Assembly (NCBI GenBank): GCA_037189525.1 | Contig: JBBCJC010000002.1 | Location: forward strand, 1,120,001-1,184,000 | DNA length: 64,000 nucleotides | DNA from: Gemmatimonadales bacterium | Lineage (GTDB): Bacteria > Gemmatimonadota > Gemmatimonadetes > Gemmatimonadales > GWC2-71-9 | Direction: 5' to 3' | In this document: piece after piece, positions 61,177 through 64,000 of the stretch | Layout of the letters: each line of letters opens with the position of its first letter | Numbering within the stretch: position 1 is the stretch's first letter | Translations under genes and position numbers: made by a program | Notes under the pieces: generated by a model | Databases searched by the model: none | What the model was told of the DNA's origin: nothing | The model's input: the letters and a program-made list of their open reading frames with translations, nothing else

Positions 61177-62718
61177 TCAGGCCGCCTTCGGCTTGCGGCG
61201 GAACGGCCGCGTCAGCGTATCGATCAGATCGGCGAAGTCGCCGCCGCGGGTCGATCCGAACTCGCGGTTGACCCGGAAGAGGCCGATCACGCCGATCAGC
61301 AGGACGACGGCATTCGGGGCCCACATGACGAGCGCGGGTTTGACGAAGCCGCGATCGGCCAGCGCCTCGCCGCCGACCAGGCCGACATAGAAGATGGCAA
61401 AGATGGACAGGCCGCCGCCGATGACCAGGCCCATGCCGCCGCGCGGGAAGCGCAGGGCCAGCGCCACGCCGATCAGCACGAAGGTGAGACAGGCTACGCT
61501 GATCGCGTATTTCTTGTGGATCTCGACCTGGAACTTGGCGGAGGAGGTGCGCGCCTGGCGACCATCGTAGATCGCCGACGTCACCTCACCAAGGGTACTG
61601 ACGGCCGGCGGCGCCATCTGATCGGGCACCGGCGGCGCCACCACGCCGGGGCCGGTCGAATCGAATGCCACCGCCGACGTATCCTGGCCCGCCGGAGCGG
61701 TCGAGGGCAGGGGAGGCGGTTGCTGTGCAGTGGCCGTCTGCGGCAGGATGATCCGTCCGATCGCGCGTTCGATCACCCGCCACTGCCCGCAGTGCCGCAC
61801 GGCATCCGGTACCGGTGTCGGGGGCACCAGGGGAAGCTTGAGGCGCATCAGATTGCGAAGGTCCTGGACCCCCAGCATGTACCGCTGATCGTCGGCTACC
61901 AGGGCGCGCCGGTTCGAGAAGCTGACCTGGTCCATCATCTCACAGGTCGTCATCTCGCGGTCGCCGCGATGGAAATTGGAGGTGTCGCGGTCGAACATGT
62001 TCTGGACGTTCTTGACCCGGATCAGATTCCGATCGAAGTAGGTGATCCGGATCTTGGACGGCTCTGCGGTGATGTACTCGTGGACCTTCCCGGTAAAGAG
62101 CGTCAGTGCGAGGTCGACGCCGCGTTCGTCGAAGGCCATCACGCCGCTGTCGGCATAGACCACGCGCCGACCCGCCGTCAGGCTCAAATCGAAGATCTCG
62201 ACGTCGGTGAGCCGTCCGGAGCCGGGATAGACTCGGCTGGCGCGCACGAAGTACGGGGGCAACTGATTGATGGCCTGCTCCCGCATCTGGAAGGCGGGCT
62301 TCTTCTGGCCGATGTCGGTCTGCAGGTTACCGAGTCGCGCGTTGGTCCGGGGCAGGATCTGGTCGACGAAAATGAAACTGATCAGCATCAGCAGCACGCC
62401 GGCAATCAGCGCCGGCCGAAGCATCTGCATCACGCTGAGTCCGCTCGCCCGCATGGCGGTGATTTCGTTGTCGGCGCCGAGTTGGCTGTAGCCGTAGAGC
62501 ACGGCCACCAGGACCGCCATCGGCAGCGTCAGGGCGACGATGAACGGAATGCTCAGGCTCAGTACTTCGACGATGACCTGCCAGGGCAGATCCTTCCCGA
62601 CCAGGTTCCCGAACTGCTTGGCAAGCTGGTTGACCAGGAGGAGGCCGGTGCAGGCCCCGAGCGAAAAAACGAACGGGCCGGCGATCGAACGGAGGATGTG
62701 ACCGCGGAGCAGGCGCAT
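61177..62718 (-). CDS. lptF: LPS export permease LptF
   Basis: TLPMAVL, DNEITAMRASGLS, EIHKKYA, MWAPN; upstream member of the pair. Confidence 0.85.
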   Translation of the reverse strand: MRLLRGHILRSIAGPFVFSLGACTGLLLVNQLAKQFGNLVGKDLPWQVIVEVLSLSIPFIVALTLPMAVLVAVLYGYSQLGADNEITAMRASGLSVMQMLRPALIAGVLLMLISFIFVDQILPRTNARLGNLQTDIGQKKPAFQMREQAINQLPPYFVRASRVYPGSGRLTDVEIFDLSLTAGRRVVYADSGVMAFDERGVDLALTLFTGKVHEYITAEPSKIRITYFDRNLIRVKNVQNMFDRDTSNFHRGDREMTTCEMMDQVSFSNRRALVADDQRYMLGVQDLRNLMRLKLPLVPPTPVPDAVRHCGQWRVIERAIGRIILPQTATAQQPPPLPSTAPAGQDTSAVAFDSTGPGVVAPPVPDQMAPPAVSTLGEVTSAIYDGRQARTSSAKFQVEIHKKYAISVACLTFVLIGVALALRFPRGGMGLVIGGGLSIFAIFYVGLVGGEALADRGFVKPALVMWAPNAVVLLIGVIGLFRVNREFGSTRGGDFADLIDTLTRPFRRKPKAA

Positions 62719-62841
62719 AACCCTGAAAACTAATCGGACCGGACGGTTTGCCGCCCTCTTTCGTGGCTGAAATCCAACCACGGCCCCTTCCGAATGGGGG
62801 ACACCGCCCGTATCGTCCTGCCCTCACACCGCACGCGAGAA

Positions 62842-63768
62842 ATGATGGGACGTTCAGCACTGCTGGTGCTCGCTCTGGGAATGGTCGGCTGCAAGGCGTC
62901 GTCTCCGGCGCCGGTGCCCGAAATCGACGGCCAGGCGGCGCTCGCCTATGCCACGGCGCAGGTCGACATGGGGCCGCGCATTCCCGGATCCGAGGGCCAT
63001 CGTCGCGCCGCAGCGTGGCTCGACAGTCTCCTCCGGGTCCGCGCCGACACCGTGGTGACGCAGGCATGGACTCACGTGACGCTTCGCGGTGACTCCCTCC
63101 CGATGCGTAATCTGGTGGCTCGCTTCCGGCCGGATGCCGCGCATCGGCTGCTCTTCCTGGCGCACTGGGACACCAGGCCGATGGCCGACGCCGATACCGG
63201 GAGCCGTGCCAAGCAACCGGTGCCGGGCGCCAACGACGGCGCGTCCGGCGTGGCCGTCCTGCTGGCTATGGCCGATGCGCTGGCGGCGCGACCGCCCGAG
63301 GTCGGTGTCGATCTGCTGCTGGTCGACGGTGAGGACTACGGCGACTTCAGCGAGGACGCCGATGTGCTGATCGGCTCCCGGTACTACGCCCGCAATCAGA
63401 TCGGTCCCAAGCCGGAGTATGCCATCCTGCTCGATATGGTCGGCGGGGCCAACTCGCACTTTCGGAAAGAAGGGTATTCCGTGATTGCGGCCCCGGCCTT
63501 GGTCGATGCGGTCTGGGCCATGGCGAAGCGGATGGGATACGATGCCCTGTTCGTCGACCGGACGGGGCCTGCCATCACCGATGATCACATTCCGCTCCAG
63601 CAGGTGGGCATCCGCGCCATCGACGTGATTGCCGACTTCGGCTCGGGGACCGGCTTTCCCTACTGGCATACCGTCGACGACACAATCGACAAGCTGAGCG
63701 CCGCCACCCTCGAGGCGGTCGGCAACGTGATGATGGCGATGATTCGGGACGCGCAGCCTCAACGGTAG
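62842..63768 (+). CDS. M28-family glutaminyl cyclase-like lipoprotein
   Basis: Lipobox MVGC; GPRIPGS, AHWDTRP, GANDGASG, DGEDYG, DDHIP, YWHT. Confidence 0.82.
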   Translation: MMGRSALLVLALGMVGCKASSPAPVPEIDGQAALAYATAQVDMGPRIPGSEGHRRAAAWLDSLLRVRADTVVTQAWTHVTLRGDSLPMRNLVARFRPDAAHRLLFLAHWDTRPMADADTGSRAKQPVPGANDGASGVAVLLAMADALAARPPEVGVDLLLVDGEDYGDFSEDADVLIGSRYYARNQIGPKPEYAILLDMVGGANSHFRKEGYSVIAAPALVDAVWAMAKRMGYDALFVDRTGPAITDDHIPLQQVGIRAIDVIADFGSGTGFPYWHTVDDTIDKLSAATLEAVGNVMMAMIRDAQPQR

Positions 63769-63778
63769 GTGGGCAGCT

Positions 63779-63812
63779 GGGGTGGGAGGCGCTCGCGAAT
63801 GCCTCCCACCCC
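63779..63812. terminator. Hairpin between convergent genes
   Basis: ggggtgggaggcg / tgcctcccacccc 13-bp stem. Confidence 0.65.
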
Positions 63813-63819
63813 CGCTTGG

Positions 63820-63999
63820 TCAGAAGGTGCCGAGTTCGGTTGCTTGAATGATGAATGCCCCTTCCTGGCACACCGATGATCCTGTCAGGTTGTTGCCGTT
63901 GACCATCACGGCCCAGGTGCCGGTGGCATCCGTCGGCGGGACCCACGCCGGGTTCCAGCCGGCGAGCGCGCTCAGGTCCGGCATGGTCAGCGTAAAGGT
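63820..63999 (-). CDS. C-terminal end of a hypothetical protein (enters from window edge)
   Basis: Open frame TFTLTMPDLSALAGWNPAW...CQEGAFIIQATELGTF-stop, ending just before the hairpin. Confidence 0.65.
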   Translation of the reverse strand, partial: TFTLTMPDLSALAGWNPAWVPPTDATGTWAVMVNGNNLTGSSVCQEGAFIIQATELGTF

Positions 64000-64000
64000 G

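Overview
GC-rich, gene-dense bacterial chromosomal window, mostly housekeeping and envelope genes. The gene set (GWxTD protein, Oar-like TonB-dependent receptor, carboxypeptidase-regulatory-like secreted proteins, vWA protein) suggests Gemmatimonadota or a relative, which is inference only. I saw no rRNA, tRNA, CRISPR array, transposase or integrase. Left to right: an amidohydrolase/AraC/S41/permease/SHMT-like cluster; dacB; acyl-CoA dehydrogenase; vWA and MliC; two methionine genes (yitJ-like, metH), each behind a near-identical SAM-II-type riboswitch with a terminator/antiterminator platform and separated by an ArsR-SRPBCC cassette; prolyl oligopeptidase; yggT/yggU; pruA; nitrilase; M16 peptidase operon; dsbA-VKOR-kup; msrA; acs; ccmABCD; V4R-M24-GWxTD; class A PBP; ctaB; TBDR; lptFG; a glutaminyl-cyclase-like lipoprotein. 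The best candidate for an undescribed system is 24817-27070. It has a secreted His/CxxC/polyproline leader ORF resembling CutF/CruR-type metal-sensing stalling peptides, then a hairpin over the next ribosome-binding site. These are followed by an outer-membrane barrel and a periplasmic protein built from four ungapped 26-residue repeats that carry six His in (D/H)xx(H/Q) pairs. All calls were made by eye from motifs; no searches were run.
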